From a virus, in the IMG/VR virus record IMGVR_UViG_3300045988_153314: a stretch of 41,785 nucleotides of DNA; one strand, 5' to 3'. Below the pieces are notes generated by a model. It saw only the letters and a list, made by a program, of their open reading frames with translations. It did not search any database and was not told the origin of the DNA. The position numbers and the translations under genes were made by a program. Below are positions 41,465 to 41,785 of the stretch, one piece after another. The first letter of the stretch is position 1. Each line of letters starts with the position of its first letter.

Positions 41465-41785
41465 TGCAAAGTACATAGCTGCGGCGCAACAGGGCGCCCG
41501 GCAAAGTTTCCCGTTGTTTACGGCGATGATGAAGGGTAAAGATTTCTTTACCCCTTTTCATTTGGTGTACTACAAAATTCTGAATGCCTTTGCTCACAAG
41601 CGCATCAAGAGGTTGATAGTTTCCATTCCTCCCCAGCATGGTAAATCAGAGGGATCGACCCGGTTGCTCCCGGCCTATCTGTTCGGACTGAATCCGGACT
41701 TGAAAATAGCGATTGCCTCGTATTCGGACCGATTCGCCCGGAAATTCAATCGAGAGATTCAGCGGATTATCGACTCCGAAAGATA
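41457..41785 (+). CDS. terL: Terminase large subunit, 5' portion (continues at position 2 through the terminal overlap)
   Basis: ATG 41457. Reads MSDAKYIAAAQQGARQSF...KRLIVSIPPQHGKSEGSTRLLPAYLFGLNPDLK.., running off the window end in frame with 2-1285. Confidence 0.85.
   Translation, partial: MSDAKYIAAAQQGARQSFPLFTAMMKGKDFFTPFHLVYYKILNAFAHKRIKRLIVSIPPQHGKSEGSTRLLPAYLFGLNPDLKIAIASYSDRFARKFNREIQRIIDSER
41645..41785 (+). repeat. Terminal direct repeat, right copy (identical to 1-141)
   Basis: Base-for-base identity with 1-141. Confidence 0.95.

Larger units (their letters stand above)
1..41785. mobile_element. Complete temperate tailed-phage (Caudoviricetes) genome, circularly closed; unique length 41,644 bp
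   Basis: Exact 141-bp overlap of the two ends. Full set of packaging, head, tail, lysis, integration, immunity, replication and modification genes. Tightly packed co-oriented ORFs with many ATGA/GTGA start-stop overlaps. Confidence 0.85.

Noticed and set aside
40721-41476. 251-aa - strand ORF
   Set aside because: It is antisense to terS and the 77-aa gene. No motifs, so a shadow ORF.

Overview
The window is one full turn of a circularly closed temperate tailed-phage genome. Positions 1-141 are identical to 41645-41785, giving a unique length of 41,644 bp, and the terminase large subunit gene runs across the junction. The host is probably a member of the Bacteroidota: the integrase is Bacteroidetes-type and sits beside a tRNA-like attP, TATATTTG (TAnnTTTG-type) -7 boxes occur at three promoters, and there are FISUMP-domain genes.

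Gene order on the + strand:
- terS, terL, several virion or tail-like proteins and a tape-measure-like protein.
- An AT-rich hicAB cassette on the - strand, flanked by inverted repeats.
- ClpP-like protease/scaffold, major capsid protein, portal and a 1130-aa modular tail fibre.
- A four-gene lysis cassette with an M15 endolysin, then attP and the integrase.
- An AT-rich - strand lysogeny operon: a frame-broken cI/S24 repressor, a trypco2-like protein, an HsdR-N-like PD-(D/E)xK protein and a secreted protein.
- Early genes, then a recombination/replication module: Sak4-like ATPase, exonuclease, SSB, NinB-like protein, SF2 helicase, initiator and DnaC-like loader.
- A DNA-modification and late-regulation block: C5-MTase, DPPH-MTase, PAPS-reductase-like protein, VRR-NUC, sigma-like protein, ParB-like protein and a radical SAM protein.

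Most notable observations:
1. Two FISUMP/lectin-like paralogs differ by a DGR-type NNC-codon, adenine-centred hypervariable patch with identical flanks. The closed genome has no reverse transcriptase and no template repeat.
2. A 205-codon +1-frame ORF nested in the C5-methyltransferase gene carries methyltransferase-like motifs of its own.
3. A lysogeny-expressed AT-rich cargo operon is a candidate defence or exclusion system.
4. Three +1 reading-frame discontinuities occur at short homopolymers, and one in-frame TAG separates two apparent domains.
5. 12-bp iteron-like repeats lie inside the replication initiator gene.

All functional calls come from motifs read by eye. No database search was possible.
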